Part shown: positions 63,504-64,000 of the stretch, one piece after another
Numbering within the stretch: position 1 is the first letter of the stretch
How the letters are laid out: every line of letters starts with the position of its first letter
Assembly: GCF_018977255.1 (NCBI RefSeq)
Contig: NW_024704742.1
Span: 29,142,001-29,206,000, forward strand
Source: Callorhinchus milii
Taxonomy: Eukaryota
Reading direction: 5' to 3'
Length of the DNA: 64,000 nucleotides
The notes under the pieces: generated by a model
Databases searched by the model: none
The model's input: the letters and a program-made list of their open reading frames with translations, nothing else
Told to the model about the DNA's origin: nothing
Made by a program: the position numbers and the translations under genes

Positions 63504-64000
63504 AATATAATATTAATATGATATACTATAACATACTAGATTAATACTTCACTGTTCAATTCTCCATCCATCATGATAACTAATCTACAAATTAATAAAT
63601 GTGATAACTAAGCTACAGATTAATAACATTCATTGTACTGATCTACTGTATAACAACTTGCTCCTGCCCTCTTCATCTGCAAATTCAATCATTGGATATG
63701 AATATTCATGTATATTGTAAATATAATGTTTTTTCACCACATTAACTGTATTCAGTGGAATTTGAGAGGCAGCCCATATTAAATTCAATGCCATATTGCA
63801 AGGATCACATGCAAATTCAGTGCAGAGAATCCACTGACTTTACTGATGATACAAAATCATTTTGGCTTCTTTGATCAGAGGCATAAAATAGCAGGGCTCT
63901 GGGTAGTGCAATGTTTTGGAACACTCTCCTTTCATCTCTGGGGCATGGGCTTAAATCCAGCATAGACAGATGGGATGAAAATGTTTCCTCTCTCTGTTCT

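Overview
Eukaryotic (vertebrate) genomic DNA, not prokaryotic. The repeat set (L2 LINEs, CR1 LINE 3' ends with ATTCTATG tails, tRNA-head/Deu-type SINEs with L2 tails, Penelope-type fragments) points to a cartilaginous fish, probably a chimaera or shark (inference). The window is mostly intronic/intergenic and transposon-rich. It holds a near full-length but decayed L2 ORF2 (23897-26855), many L2/CR1 3' fragments, and over 20 SINE copies of a young and an older family. Small minus-strand exons with canonical splice sites suggest a large host gene I cannot name: an IQ-motif-like junction at 62348-60962, an S/T/P-rich exon at 46.8 kb and a coding terminal exon at 8170-7971. Most notable oddities: a minimal Penelope-type hammerhead ribozyme core (19417-19451), a 56-bp near-perfect hairpin (18192-18329), a decayed Harbinger-type Myb/SANT ORF (58060-58251), an inverted SINE pair with identical 108-nt ends, an L2 inserted into the YADD codons of another L2, and an unclassified four-copy repeat. 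There is no CRISPR array, operon or intact single-exon gene. Repeat boundaries were read by eye and are approximate.
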